Source: Squalus acanthias
Lineage: Eukaryota
DNA: 64,000 nt
Assembly (NCBI GenBank): GCA_030390025.1
Contig: CM059432.1
Span: 38,690,001-38,754,000 of the forward strand
Direction: 5' to 3'
The position numbers were made by a program, and so were the translations under genes. The notes below the pieces were generated by a model. The model did no database searches. It was not told where the DNA came from and saw nothing but the letters and a program-made list of their open reading frames with translations. Below are positions 13,691 to 27,662 of the stretch, in pieces; the stretch's first letter is position 1; each line of letters opens with the position of its first letter.

Positions 13691-15260
13691 AAGGTTCAGT
13701 GCTGGGATCACTGTTGTTCACAATTTGTTCACAGTACCTTGAGTACTGTGTGCAGTTTTGGTCGCCTTATCGGAGGAAGGATGTTCTTGCCATGGAAGGA
13801 GTTCAGCGAAGATTCACAAGGCTGATACCTGGGATGGCAGGAATGACATATGAGGAGAGATTGGGTCGATTGGGCTTATACTCGCTGGAGTATAGAAGAA
13901 TGAGAGGGGATCTCATCGAAACGTATAAAATTCTGACAGGTCTGGACAAACTAGATGCAGGAAGAATGTTTCCGATGGTCGGAGAGTCCAGAACCAGGGG
14001 TCATAATCTAAGGATAAGGGGTAAGCCATTTAGGACAGAAATTAGGAAGAATTTCTTCACCCAGAGAGTGGTGAACCTGTGGAATTCTCTACCACAGAAG
14101 GTAGTTGAGGCCAAGTCATTAAATATATTCAAGAATGAGTTAGATATATTTCTTAAAGCTAAAGGTATCAAGTGATATGGGGAGAAGGCAGGTACAGGGT
14201 ACTGAGTTTGGATGATCAGCCATGATCTCATCGAATGGCTGAGCAGGCTCGAGGGGCCGAATGGCCTACTCCTGCTCCTAACTTCTATGTTTCTATGTTA
14301 TATTAATTTAGACTTTGGAATCAAAAACACAATTTCTAAATTTGCAGACAACACCAAATTGGGAGGGTTAGTCAACACTGAGGATGACTGCAACAAAATA
14401 CAAGACGACATTAATAAACTTGCAAAATTGGCATATAATTGGTAAGTGAATTTCAATATAGATAAGTGTTACATTTTGGTAAGTAAAATAAAAAAAGAGG
14501 TCACATATTACTTGGAAAATAAGAATCTAAATGGGGTAGAGGAGCAAAAGGGATCTCAGAGTACAAACACACAAATCACTAAAAGTTGTGATGCAGGTGA
14601 ATAAGGCCATAACAAAAGCAAACCATCGGGTTTATTTCTAGAGGGATAGAATTGAAAAGTAGAGAAATTATGCTAAACTTGTATCGATCCTTGGTTAGAC
14701 TACACGGAATACTGTGTACAACTCTAGTCGTCATATTATAAAAAGGTTATAGAAGCACTGGAGAGGGTGCAGAGAAGATTTACAAGGAGGATACCAGAAC
14801 TGCAAGGTTATATCTATCAGGAAAGGATGAACAACCTGGGTCTCTTTTCCCTTGAAAAGAGAAAGCTGAGGGGTAACCTGATAGAGGTCTTCAAAATTAT
14901 GAAAAGTTTTGATAGAGTAGACACAGCAAGAGTACTTCCACTTGTGGGGAAGAGCAAAACTAGAGGCCATCAATATAAGATAGTCACCAAGAAATCCAAT
15001 AGGGAATTCAGAAGAAACTTCTTCACCTAGTGGTGAGAATGTGGAACTCACTACCACAGGGAGTAGTTGAGGCGAATAATATAGATGCATTTAAGGGAAA
15101 GCTAGATAAGCATATGAGGGAGAAGGGAATAGAGGGTTATGCTGATAGAGTTAGATGAGGAAGGATGGGAGGAGGCTCGAGTGGAGCATAAATGCTGGCA
15201 TGGACTGGTTGGGCCGAATGGCCTGTTTCTGTGTTGTATATTCTATGTAGTTCTATGTAA
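13691..15260 (+). mobile_element. CR1 LINE RT/3' fragment, split by the 13735-14298 insertion
   Basis: GSVLGSLLFTI at about 13693-13725 continues as YIN-LDFGIKNTISKFADNTKLGG after 14298; ends in TTCTATGTAGTTCTATGTAA. Confidence 0.9.
13735..14298 (+). mobile_element. CR1/HER1-like LINE 3' fragment inserted in another CR1
   Basis: LEYCVQFWSPY..VQRRFTRLIPG..RGDLIETYKIL..FFTQRVVNLWNSLP; ends in (TTCTATGT)-type tail. Confidence 0.93.
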
Positions 15261-17040
15261 TCACAAACAGTCTTTTCTCTTTACAGATACTGACTGACCT
15301 GTTGCGCATCTCCAGCATCTTTTGTTTTTAAATGAAGAAACACAAACCAATTCTCGATTTGATTTTAACACCATAAAGTATTACTAACCTACCAGTGAAT
15401 TGATAAACCTCTGCATTTCTTAGACCAAGTGAAAAAAGAGGATTAACCAATTTAGATTGAGTAGTGCCCTACTTTTGAAAATCCATTCATATCAATATGA
15501 AAGCATCTAATCTTGAGTTATTCCTTTCAGCTTTTAAAATATGCAGACACCAGCATATAGAGATATTCAAAGAATTTTCCTGTACATTTGGTGTAAAAAT
15601 ACTGTTGACCTCAGTTTTGTCACAAATACCAATACTGGTGGAGCCTCTTTATGGACGGTGAAAAGGAATGGTAATATAATCCAAGTACACGCTGACTAGA
15701 GCCACAAAACCAAAGATATAGGGGTATGGGATTGGGGACCGTGGATATGGGACAAAGGAGTATTAGATAGGGGATAGTGGGTACGGGGCAGGGCTAAAGG
15801 GAAAGAGCAGTGAGTGGGAATAATTGGATAGCTCTTTCAATGAACTGACACAAACATGATGGGCCCAATTGCCTCCTTCTGTGCTGTATAATTCTATCAA
15901 AAAAAACATAATACCTACAGACAGATTTTAAATCCTATGGTTTGCAAGGGTTTCCTCAATAGTGGTCAATATAAATAAAAATGTGTTTGTTTGCATAGGA
16001 CAGGTGCTGTATCATGTCCTTCACTTGAAAAAGTTGATAATACTTCACGAAATAATCATCCTCAAATCTTTCAATCATAATGCTATGTATATAAAAAAAA
16101 ACTTAAATGACGCCACAGAGGGAAAAGAAAAAATGCTCAGAGCAATTCTCCCACCAAGTATTTTCACAATTTCATTTCAGGAGTAAACAAAATGTTTCAA
16201 TAAACGTAATCCCCAAAATAATGTTTGAATTGTTCGCTCTTGCACTTCAATTTACCCGGATGACCCAAAGCACAGAATTGATGAAAATAATAATGGATAA
16301 CTTAACAAAACTGCAATTTAAAACATTTCTGATCCATTGTAAAAGGATGAAACTAACCATGAAATGGCTGGCTTCCTGCTAAGCTAAAATTTCTCAAGTC
16401 CGGGCACAGAAGCAGAACCTTCTTTCAAACCTAAGCTTCCAGTACCCCATCCACCCACTGCTTACTGAAAGTAACAACAGCTTCTGGTGGGAACAGTGGC
16501 CATGGATTTGGGACTGAAATTCAGCAAGAGTTCTTTTGCAACAACAGCAAGAAGAGGTGATCAGTTTTTAAACACTCCTTTATGTGCAGTCCAGTATAAT
16601 AAACCTGGTGGTTGTGCAATTGATGCATGTAAACAGAAATTGTCAAAATAAATCAGCACCAAAATTCCCATCCACTTAAAATGAGCATAAACAGAGAGGG
16701 TTCCAATAGTTCATTCAGATTCCCGCTGAAGTCGTATGAGCAACTGAATTTGAACACTTCGGAAGAAAAATAAATATTTGAAGAGTACCTAAAAGAACTC
16801 TGCGCATTTTCCTTTAATGTAGGCCTTTCCGGATTTGCTCTTCATTTAGCCATCACCTTTAGTGCAGCTTTATTGATGGCGGGGGAAAGAAAAAAAAATT
16901 GCTGTGCTTTTGTAATTTTGTTAAAGGTTAAATATTTTCTAGCCGCTAAGTGGGCCGAATGACTGAACATCCTGCCCTAGGTGGACCTTTCCAAGCTAAA
17001 CAAATGCACAGCAGGGAGAGAACATGAAGTCAGGTGCCTC

Positions 17041-17355
17041 AAGAACATGGGAACAGGAGGAGGCCATTCAACCCCTCGAGCCTGTTCCGCCATTCAATGA
17101 GATCACAGCTGATCTGTGACCTAACTTCATATACCCGCCTTTGGCCCATATCCCTCAATACCTTTGGATAACAAAAATCTATTAATCCCAGATTTAAAAT
17201 TAAACAACTGACTTTGCATCAACTGCCGTTTGCGGAAGAGAGTTCCAAACTTCTACCACCCTTTGTGTGTAGAAATGTTTCCCAACTTCACTCCTGAAAG
17301 GACTGGCACTAATTTGTAGGCTGTGTCCCCCTAGTCCTAGAATCCCCAACCAGCA
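17041..17355 (-). mobile_element. CR1 LINE 3' fragment
   Basis: Reverse complement of the CR1 3' UTR seen at about 14000-14290 (AGGAGGCCATTCAACCCCTCGAGCCTG). Confidence 0.88.
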
Positions 17356-20300
17356 AATATAGCTGTTTTTTTTTTGAACACTTCCCTGTTGCTAGCGCTG
17401 CAAAATAAAAGTATGTCAAAGTAAAATCTAGCCTTGCAGCCTATTTCAAAACAAAGTGAACTCTCTCTCAAACCACCTACTGTAAAATGTATGAATGCAG
17501 CTGTGTTTTGTACTGGCTGGTATACGGTTATGCAAGCCCACTCAACGACACCGTATCAAAATTCTAGGGAGCAACAAAAGATAAAATTGCAGTAAACTAT
17601 GTGAATTTTCAATTGTTGCACCTTCTTTCTCTGGGAAATGGAAGGAAAATAAAGCTGTAGGGATCCCTTCCTAAATCACTCAAAACAAGCTGCCAAGATC
17701 AGTACAGGAGCAAATTTGGATTTCCATTTTCACCTCTTCTTCCCACAACCCTTCCCAATTTTCTTCCTTCTCCTGAAGAAGCCATCTCATGCCAGGTTAT
17801 AGTTCCACAAATGCCACCCTAGAGTACCTTGCCTATGTGGCCATTCTTCATTTGTGAACCTCGATGGTGAGTCAATAGATTGTTCAACTAGGACCCATCA
17901 GAGCAGTGCTTATTGCATGGATGTGCATCTTGCGGCATGGGCCACTGAACAGCACTGCAATTGGATTCATAGATCCCCATTTCTCTAGCCAAGAGGTACT
18001 GAGGCCAAGTGTAGCATCGCCATTGTTGCCGGAGCCAAGACTAGCTAATTCAGCACAGATCAGGGATTGAACTTCAGAAGATTTTAACAACTGCTGCTGT
18101 ACTAGAAGACATTAATGTCACTACCTACAAAATGTTCCAGGTCAAGGCTACGTGCTATTAAATCCCACCGTAACATTGGTTAAAGCCCATTCAAAAATAT
18201 CACTGTATGCAAGTTGCAATGCCTAGAAAATCTCATCATAGCAAGTAGCAAATACAATGCACAAATCACACGTGAACACAACAAAACTCTCTTATTAAGA
18301 CCGATCAGTTTTCACATCATCAGACTTTTGTCAGGGAACTTTTAAGATGTTCCAAACTATCAGTGGAACTTTAATTACCACTTCACTGCACAGCCCAAGA
18401 ATACCAATCTCTTCTAGTAGCAAGCTCAAAAAGATGAATTTAAATTGTTATTTGTATTGTATTTAATCTGCATCACCACACTTAGGGCATAGTTGTACCA
18501 CAATTTAAACAGTTTTGATTGATGTCAATTTTCGCTATTCAGCATAGGAACCCCCTCGGTTGCGGCAGATAATGGAGGCGCCACTGTATTTTGAATGCAG
18601 TTTTCTGGCAAAAGAGAAAAGGAGGCAGAAAAGAAAGTGAAGAGCATTCTAGTTTGCGTGTGATGAGGTCACAATGTTTAATACTCTCAATGTTTTCTCG
18701 GTTATGGATATAATTTTAAGTTAAAGCAGACACAGTTGCAATCAGTGTTGGGCCAGAAGATACAGCTCCCACCATACTAGTTTGTGAAAAAGAAGAGTGT
18801 GTTGAGAGATAAGATTAATACTGAATAAAAGCTTTTAAAAGAGGTACTGATTAGAATATCTACCCTTGCCACCCTTCCCCCTCCCAAAAGAGAAAACACA
18901 GAGCTCTTCTATAGGAAGGATAAATTGGAACATTAGCATCAAAAACACAAAAATCCCAAGTTAATTTGCAGGCAGGGAAGAGACGAGGCAAGAGGCAAGA
19001 TTCACTAGCAGGGAAGACTTCGATTCATTTCTAGGGATTGTCAATTGAGGCACATTATTTACTTGAAAGTCTTCCTAACAATAAGAGAAACAAAACTGGC
19101 TGCCTACAGCTACTGAAGTGGCAGTGTCCAAATAGAAGCACTACAAACAATAAACATCCTTGCAATGTACACAAATACCAACATTAAAAAGGGGATGGGA
19201 ATACTCAAATACTGTAATTGATGTTTACTTTCCCAAACTTTAGTACCATTGCAGCCAAGAGTGGATCTCAAATCAAAAGATCCAAGGTTCGCACAGGTCG
19301 GTTTTCTAAATCCGAAGCCTGAATTCACATACATTGGTAGTGTTGTACTACAGGCCAGATTTTTCATCCATTCATAGTTGATCTAGTATTTTAGAATTGG
19401 CTATGCCTGGATTGTTTTTATACAGTTATATCAAGAGAGAGGAAACAATCAGGAAATCTTTATTCCTCACTAAGGAGCATTGTCTCTACGCATTTGGCAC
19501 TGAAACTCAAGATACAAGGTCACATAAGCCAGTGCTCTTCAATGCAATGTGGTTGTGCTAATATCGTAAACCCAGAGTAGAAACAAGTTTCTATACAAAA
19601 CAGTAGATACAGATAATTCCAAAAATAAATAAAAATAATTTCTTCTAGCCCAACAGGGAAAATTTATCACCTGTAATCCCTAAAAATGTTCTGTATGAAA
19701 CATCCTGAACAACTAAATTTGCAAAAGATTAAACTTCCATCTAAAACAGGAGCATAGTAAATAAACAAACTAGTCCAGACACACATGACATTCGCTGAAC
19801 ACTTAAAACATTGTCCTGAACAGCAACATTAAGTATTTAATAAAATACATCCCTCCATGGCCCCAGATCCCCCCCAGGGAAGTAGAGTACAAAATTCAAT
19901 TTTTCCAAATGGCATGCCATCACTTAATTAAAGGGTATTTGTCAGTCTATGATCAGTGGAGCTCTTTTGTGCTAAATCCAAGAATAATAATGTCATGAAA
20001 AAAATCAATGGCAGAACCAAACAGGGAAAAAGAGAGACACTGGAGAGTTGGATTCACAAGAAGAAACAAAAATGAGTACCCAATTTAAACAAAGTTTAAC
20101 CACACTATAGAATACACCAAGCATTTATAACTTTACTATTGATTACTTGTGATACTGCACACAGGAAGTTGAGTCCTGTATCATGTTGAAATGTTGTATT
20201 GCTATTTTCCTGAAAGAAATGATATGATCACTGCTTAAAGCTACTATTAACAGGGGACACAGATGAAAAAGTAACAGGTAAAGAGCAGAACAATTATTAC

Positions 20301-20479
20301 TGAATGGGTTACTGATTTTGTATGATGTTATACAATCTCAGCAGAAGTCAAACCAAACAAAAGTAGCACCAACTACGCAAGTTACCGATGAACATTTCAC
20401 GACAGCATATCCACATCAGCGAAAGCAGCAATCAGCTGTATTTGGCCCAATAATACCATCATATACTATTGCAAACCAT

Positions 20480-21430
20480 AAAATAATCTTGATCTTATTG
20501 TCACCAGTCATTGCCACCCCAGCTCTTGCTCAATTAAGGGTACACCAATGCTTTTGCTCGCGGTCAGTGCCTGGAAGTTGTTGTTTTGCAGGGACTAGAT
20601 TCTCCCAGATCACTGGCATTTTCTGCCATTTTATTCCACATTGGTATTTTGGGGTAAGGGGTTTCCAGAGGCAAAGCTCTTTCTGGACTCTTGGGTGGTG
20701 GAAGAATGTGTCCATGCAGTGAGTATCTAGGATCATACACCTGTTTCTGCCTTTCTTTTTTACTGAAGGTATCCCGCCTCTCTGATGGGTGGTGCAATCC
20801 CCACGAAGCAGTATAGCGAGTGTGGGAGTCGCTTTCGAAGCCCCTGCGATGATCCTACAGCATTGATCTAGTTCAGTATCAATTTAGTGCATGGTTACAG
20901 CGTGACCATGCTGAGGCACAGAATTCTGCCAATGAGTAACACAGGGCAAGACTGGTTGCTCCGAGTGTTGGGGTCAGCTCCCCATTTTGTGTTGGCCAGT
21001 TGCTAAAGTACACAGTGACGTAATAAAGACTCACTACGCACTTGAACATAAAGCAAGGCTTTAATCAATTTGTAACAAAACATGGCGGTCTAGTTAGCAG
21101 TCACTAGCTTCCTGTTTCCAGATTGTCTCTGCCCAAGGTGGGCCCATGCCTGAGTATTTATACTCCCTGGACGGCGCCCCAGCTGGCCGCCCAGTAGTAC
21201 TTCCTGAGTTGTTACTTGCGATTTATGACACAGTATCTGGAGTTTACTTCCTTTTTCAATTTCTTGATATGCTCTTTGAATGTCAACGTTGGGTCTAATG
21301 TGACCCCAAGGTACTGGATACTCAGTGCTCGAGGATTGTACCATCACACGTTATCTGGGGCTTTTTCTTGGTCTAACGGTATTTCAAGTGGAAGGCGCAC
21401 ACTTGTGTCTCGCAAGAGTTGGCATTCGGG
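20480..21430 (-). mobile_element. Vingi/Ingi-like LINE C-terminal fragment, interrupted by a solo LTR
   Basis: Manual minus translation: QYLGVTLDPTLTFKEHIKKLK..LANTKWGADP..SLALCYSLAEFCASAWSR and PGTDREQKHWCTLN*ARAGV. Clade call from motif recall. Confidence 0.72.
21016..21230 (-). mobile_element. 215-bp solo LTR (Gypsy-like)
   Basis: TGACGTAA...TTATGACA imperfect inverted termini, flanking CAG(T) duplication, minus-strand TATAAATA then ATTAAA; removal restores the host LINE frame. Confidence 0.78.
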
Positions 21431-23390
21431 GACCATGTGCAATAGTATTCTCCAGACAATGGTTAATGTAGTTACATTAAATTTCTGTGTCAACCTAATG
21501 CAATTGTTAACCCTTTCAGTAAGTTGTGCAATAAAAATACTGCAGAGAAGATTAAACTTCATTGTGTGCAGAATTTCTCCAGCTGTGCGTTTATTTAATC
21601 GCTGTGAAACATGTCTATAAAAGATGAGTCTCCTCAGTAATCCATCACAGGCTCAACTTCTGCACGGACATGCTGGCCTGTGGTTTTGATTGTGCCAACT
21701 GGTGATTACCCCATTTATTTTATTGGGCAGGAAAATCAGCAGCTGGCGAGTGCACAATGAAAACACCGGCCAGAAAGATTCAGTCATACTGCCACTGGGA
21801 CACCAGAATGGAGTGCTTTTTTTCCCGTTCAAGTTACTATAGCAGAAATACTATTGTGTACTCCTAGGCTGTTTGAAATGAACTACCCTCCACCTCTCAC
21901 CTCAAAAGGCATTAAAACAAACAAGCTGAAATATGGCACTAGGAAGGGATAAGTGACCAACAAAATAAAATGCACACTTTGTTGAGAACCAGGCACTTTA
22001 ATTATCACTACTCATTCGGAGTTGCTTTTACAATTAAAAAAAAACTCAAATCAGAACTATACACAGAGACATACATCTAGCTGCCAGGCATGATTACATA
22101 CAAATACAGACCAGCATATTCCCACAAAGAAGACATCATCAAAAAAAAATCTCCATTTTAAGTCGAGAGCAGACTTAGCAAATCACTGCAAGGAAAGCCA
22201 AAGCAATCTGGAATAGAAGGGCAACACATTCAACATCTGAGGACACTGTGCTATTAATACGCTTCATTTAACTTGAAGCAATGCCTCATTTATATCTCCT
22301 TCATCTACTCAGTTAATACAAGATGATGAAAAATGGTCCTTCACTCAGCAAGAATGTGTGCTATTTGTAGAGTTCTTTTGATAAACATAGGTGTTAATGT
22401 TTTGGCTTACCAGAATCTCGACATTTAAAAATATCACTAAAAAAAGGAAAAAAGAAGCACCACTATATCTGATGCTGCTTTGCACTGCTGCAGAAATCCA
22501 GGTTTGTCAAATGCCGGAGAGACTATTTAATCTTGTGCTTGTCTGAAGGTTTGTTAAATGATAGAATGTAAAAAAAGGCTCAAATATTTCACTAGAGGTT
22601 TTGAGAATCTATTACTGTGGCTATGTTAAAAAATTAGGTTTCGAATACATGATGTATAATTGGAAAAATTTCTCTTTTATATGCAAGTATCACAACTATT
22701 AAAGAAATGTACAGCTAGTTAGTCACTATCCTTAAAGAAAAAAAGACAGAGCAATAACCTCCATCAAAAGAAACTAGTTATGAATATAATATACAGCTCA
22801 GGATTTGTGTGTCAATTCCAGTCACATGTAAAACAGCAAGTAGAAGTATTAAAGGATAAAGAGCTAAAAGGCTCTTGTGTCAAGCGAGTTTCTTCAGCAG
22901 TGCTATCCTACTTAACAGAGTGCACGTCATAAAGTTAGAAACCCATTTTGTACATGTCTCACTAGATCTCAGCACATGCATACTTCCATTTATCATGGCC
23001 AGTTCTCAACATCCTGACACCCCCTCCCTTTTCCCATCTGGACTCTTATTTTTGTTGCCACTTTAAGACATGATGCTGGAAAAACTTCCCACAATGTTCT
23101 ACAATTTTTCCATCCAGCCAGAGTGTCTGGAAGTGTTCCACTCAATTACACTAAAACAAATAGCATATGTTATCACAAGTGGTGTTGAAGTTCCCAGACT
23201 AAATGTCTTTTTCACAGTGCAATGCTTCAAAAGGCGACATTTTAGGAGTCACTACTAAAGAATCTGGAAAACCGCCCAGAGATCAAATTACATTTGGGAA
23301 TATCTGCTCGAAAAAAAACTTAGCAGTATCAATTTTTGGGTTGTCTTCAGGTAATAAGATTTTTTTAAACTGGTACCTTCTGCTTGACTG

Positions 23391-23886
23391 GTTTGCCTGG
23401 ATGAGTGCAGCTCCAACAACACTCAAGAAGCTCGACACCATCCAGGACAAAGCAACCCACTTGATTGGCACTCCATCCACCACCTTAAACATTCAGTCCC
23501 TCCACCACCGGCGCACCGTGGCTGCAGTGTGTACCATCTACAAGGTGCACTGCAGCAACTCGCCAAGGCTTCTTCAACAGCACCTCCCAAACCCGCGACC
23601 TCGTCCACCTAGAAGGACAAGGGCAGCAGGCGCATGGGAACACCTCAAAGTTCCCCTCCAAGTCACACACCATCCTGACTTGGAATTACATCACCATTCC
23701 TTCATCGTCGCTGGGTCAAAATGCTGAAACTCCTTCCCTAACAGCACTACGGGAGTACCTTCACCACACGGACTGCAGCGGTTCAAGAAGGCAGCTCAAC
23801 ACCACCTTCTCAAGGGCAATTAGGGAAGGGCAATAAATGCTGGCATTGCCAGCAATGCCCACATCCCATGAACAAATTTAAAAAAA
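23391..23886 (+). mobile_element. 3' fragment of the same CR1-group LINE family
   Basis: AWMSAAPTTLKKLDTIQDKA peptide and shared 3' end followed by an A run. Confidence 0.92.
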
Positions 23887-24239
23887 GGTATGTCCCAATC
23901 ATAGTCAGGGAAGTAGGGGGAGGTTTGAAGCCAACACAAAAGACACACTCACACAGAGTTGCTATGTCAGGAGATTTTTCTTTATCAGTTTGAGCCGATT
24001 CCAAACAAAAGCCTCAGATGCGTAGGGACAATGAACTACCAGTTCCCTTAATTTGGCAATCCAAGTAACAGATACTTATTAAAAAAATGTTTCAGATTTC
24101 CAACATCTGTAGCAAGGAAAAGGCTGGTTGATCAGCAATTGTGCAGAAAATCCAGATTGCTCCACAGATGCTGAATGACCTCGTGTGTGTTCCCAGCTAT
24201 TTGTTTTTAAAAAAACAGATGCATTTGTAGATTTAAATT

Positions 24240-26535
24240 CATATAATTCTTACAGAAACTTACAGCACAGAAGGAGGCCATTCGGCCCATCATGCCTGTG
24301 CTGGCTCTTTGAAAGAGCAGTTGCGTTTAGTCCCACATCCCTGCATTTTGTCCCTAACCCTGCAAGTTCCTCATCCTCAAGTACCTGCCCAACTCCTGGG
24401 GAGTCTAGAACCAGGGGTCACAGTCTCAGAATCAGGGGTCGGCCATTTAGGACTGAGATGAGGAGTCATGTCTTCACTCAGAGGGTGGTGAATCTTTAGA
24501 ATGCTCTACCCCAGAGGGCTGTGGGGGCTCAGTTGTTGAATATATTCAAGACAGAGATCGATAGATTTTTGGATATTAAGGGAATCAAGGGATATGGGAA
24601 TAGTGCAGGAAAGTGGAGTTGAGGTGGAAGATCAGCCATGATCTTATTGAATGGCGGAGCAGGCTCGAATGACCAAATGGCCGACTCCTGCTCCTATTTC
24701 TTATGTTCTTAAAATTATTTATGGAATCAGCATCCACCACTTTTTCAGGTGCAGCGTTCCAGAGCCAGACAACTCAGTGAAACAATTTCTCATCTCCCCT
24801 CGAGATCTTTTTCCAATGATTTTGAATCTATGACCTCTAAGTTACTGACCCACTCGCCAGAGGGAATAATTTTTCTCTTATCTACTTTATCAAAACCGCT
24901 CATCATTTTGAAAACCTCTATTATATCACCTCTTCACCTTCTCTGTTCCAAGGAAAACAGCTCTAAATTTCCCAACCTCTCCTCAAAACTGAAGTCCCTC
25001 ATCCTTGGTAACATCCTGGTAAACCTACTCTGTAGTCTTTCGAATGTCTTTACATCTTTGCTGAAGTGTGGTGCCCAGAATTGCCCACAATACTCCAGCT
25101 GAGGCCTAACCAGTGATTTAGAAAGTTCTAGCATGATCTCTTTGCTTTTCTATTCTAGTCCTCTATTTATAAACCCAAGTAACCCGTATGCTTTTTTAAC
25201 CACCTTATCAGCTTGCCCTGACACCTTAAAGGATTTGTGTATATGGACACCAAGGTCTCTCTGCTCATCTATACTTTTCAAAATCGTGCCATTCAGTGGA
25301 CTGCCTTTCCATATTAGTCCTCCCAAAGTACATCACTTCACACTTCTCTGCATTGAACTCCATCTGCCATGCTTCTGTCTATTTCATCATCTTGTCTATG
25401 TCATGCTGAAGCCTATAACTATCCACTACTTTTCCAAGTTTTGTATCGTCTGCAAACTTTATAATGCTGCTCCCTACACCCGAGTCTAGGTAGTTTATAA
25501 AAATCGCAAAGAGTAATGGACCCAAAACTGACCCTTGCGCAACACCACAGCAAAACACCACCCAGTCTGAAAAACATCCAGCCACCACACTTTGCTTTCT
25601 GTCACTGAGCCAATTTCATATCCATACCACCACTTTTCCTTAATTCCATGGGCTTCCATCTTCTTAATAAGCCTCCTGAGTGGAATGTTGTGGCACCTTC
25701 TGAAAGTCCATATATACACACACACATCTACTGCACTACCTTGATCAACCTTCTCTGTTACCTCAAAGAATTCAATCAAGTTAGTCAGACAAGATTTGCC
25801 TTTAATAAATCCATCCTGGCTCTGCTTGATGAACCAATGCCTTTCCAAATGAAAGTTTATTTTGTCCTGGATAATGGTTTCCAATAACCTCCCCACCACT
25901 GATGTGACTGGCCTGTAGTTTCCTGGTTTATCCCTCTCCCCTTTCTTGAATAGTGGTATAACATTAGCAACCCCCCAGTCCCCCGGTACTTCTCCTGCAT
26001 CCAATGAGGATTGAAAGATTGTGCCCAATGCCTCTGCTATTTCTACCTTTGCTTCTTTCAGCAACCTTGGATACATTCCATCTAGACCAAGTTACTGACC
26101 AACTTTTAGTAATCCTAATCTTTTTAGTACATCTTCTTTATCTGTTACTAACATGTCCATAACTTCCCACTCCTCTTTCAGTGTAACCTTCACATCATCC
26201 ACTTCCTATGCAAAGTACTCATTTAATACTTTAGCCACATCCTCTGCCTCTACATGAAGATTTCCCTTTGGGTCCTTAATAGGCCCCAACTTTTTCCCCT
26301 AGCTAACCGCTTACACTTTATATGTTTATAAAAAGTTTTAGGGTTCAATTTAATGTTGCCTGCTAATCTTTTCTCGTAACCTCTCTTTGCCTCCCATATT
26401 AACTTTTTCCAGTTCCCTCTTGTACTTTCCATAACTTTCCTGGTTATTCAGCACATTAGCTTTGGATGCTCTACCTTTTCCCTTCAAAAGGAATATGCCT
26501 AGTTTGTACCTGAACTATCTCGTCCCTGAATTCTC
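24240..26535 (-). mobile_element. Decayed CR1 LINE (RT region and 3' end)
   Basis: Minus ORFs: ANVIPLFKKG..PGNYRPV..GKSCLTNLIEFFE, QGSVLGPLLF, KFADDTKLG, LVRPQLEYCGQFW. Confidence 0.93.
24396..24710 (+). mobile_element. CR1/HER1-like 3' end inserted in opposite orientation into the 24240-26535 CR1
   Basis: GESRTRGHSLRIRGRPFRTEMR and 3' UTR homologous to about 13980-14295. Confidence 0.88.
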
Positions 26536-26632
26536 CATTCTAATTATTAATGCAACTTAATAGACAAAACATAAAATGATGGAAATATTCATCAGGTCAG
26601 GCAGCATCTGTGGAGTGAGAAACAGAGTTAAC

Positions 26633-27381
26633 GGGCCGGATATTCCAATCCCTACGGGTGGGTATGCGCTGTGTACCCACCCGTAGGGACATCGGAAATG
26701 CCGGTTTTAGGCATGCACAGCGCATGCGCTGGAAACCGGCATTTCCGATCTGTCAAGAATGGTCTTGACAGATCCTCCGGTTGCCCGGGAGAAGGGCCTC
26801 TGCGGGCGGATAGTTCCGCTTTTTGGAGACCCTGCGCCCGCAGAAAACCCTTACAATTCTTGCGCCTGGCAAAAGCAGCTGTAAGGCCTGCTTTTACCAG
26901 GATAAGAGTAGAAAAAAGTAAAAAAAAAAATTCCACTGATTTATCATTTAAATATACTTTAAAAAAAAGTTTATTTTTAGCCCTGTAAAAAACTTTAAAT
27001 TTTTGAAAAAAATAATTAAAGTTTTGTTTAAAATAGTTAATTTATTGGACTTAAGTCATTTTAAAAATGTGATTTTTTTTTTTATTTATTTAAAGTTTTA
27101 CTGTGTTTTGGGGATGATCTCCATTCATATATTTGACAGGTCTTCTTGTCAAATGTATGAAGGGAGATTCCCTTCTTTGATTAGCTCCCCATGGCCCACG
27201 TGATCCCAGGGACGCTGCGAACTACCTGCGCCTCTGGGATACGTGGGCCCTGCACACCGGCAGTTTGGAGAGGCCCAGGAGCGGAATTGTGCGCCTTCCG
27301 GGAGTCCTCAGTTAAGGGTGCAGATTTTTCCAGATCGCAGTCCTCCGCCCGCGGGAGGCCTGCGATCAGAATATCTGGGCC
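26633..27381. mobile_element. Harbinger-type MITE, family C, inserted in a Penelope terminal repeat
   Basis: TIR GGGCCGGATATTC / GAATATCTGGGCC; colinear with 57443-58632. Confidence 0.82.
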
Positions 27382-27662
27382 AGTGTTTCAGATCGATGAC
27401 CTTTCGTCAGAACTGGAAGAAGTTAGAGATGTAACAGTTTTTAAGCAAATACAGAGGCAGGGAAAGGGGGAGGGGAGGAAAGAACAAAAGGGAAGGTCTG
27501 TGATAGGGTGGAAGGCAGGAGAGATTAAATGACAAAAGGGATGATGGTGCAAGGCAAAAGGAGACGGTAATGGGACAAGTAAAGGAACAAAAGATGAGTC
27601 TAGAGGAGGTGTAAAAAGCAACAACAGAACCAAAACCAGCAACTGCGGTCTGAAAAAAAGGG

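Larger units (their letters stand above)
13572..15330. mobile_element. Penelope-derived inverted-repeat element (arms about 13572-13626 and 15277-15330) split by the nested CR1s
   Basis: Arms are imperfect reverse complements and resemble the Penelope terminus at about 62215-62280; degenerate hammerhead-like ATGA..GAAAC at 13660-13690. Confidence 0.7.
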
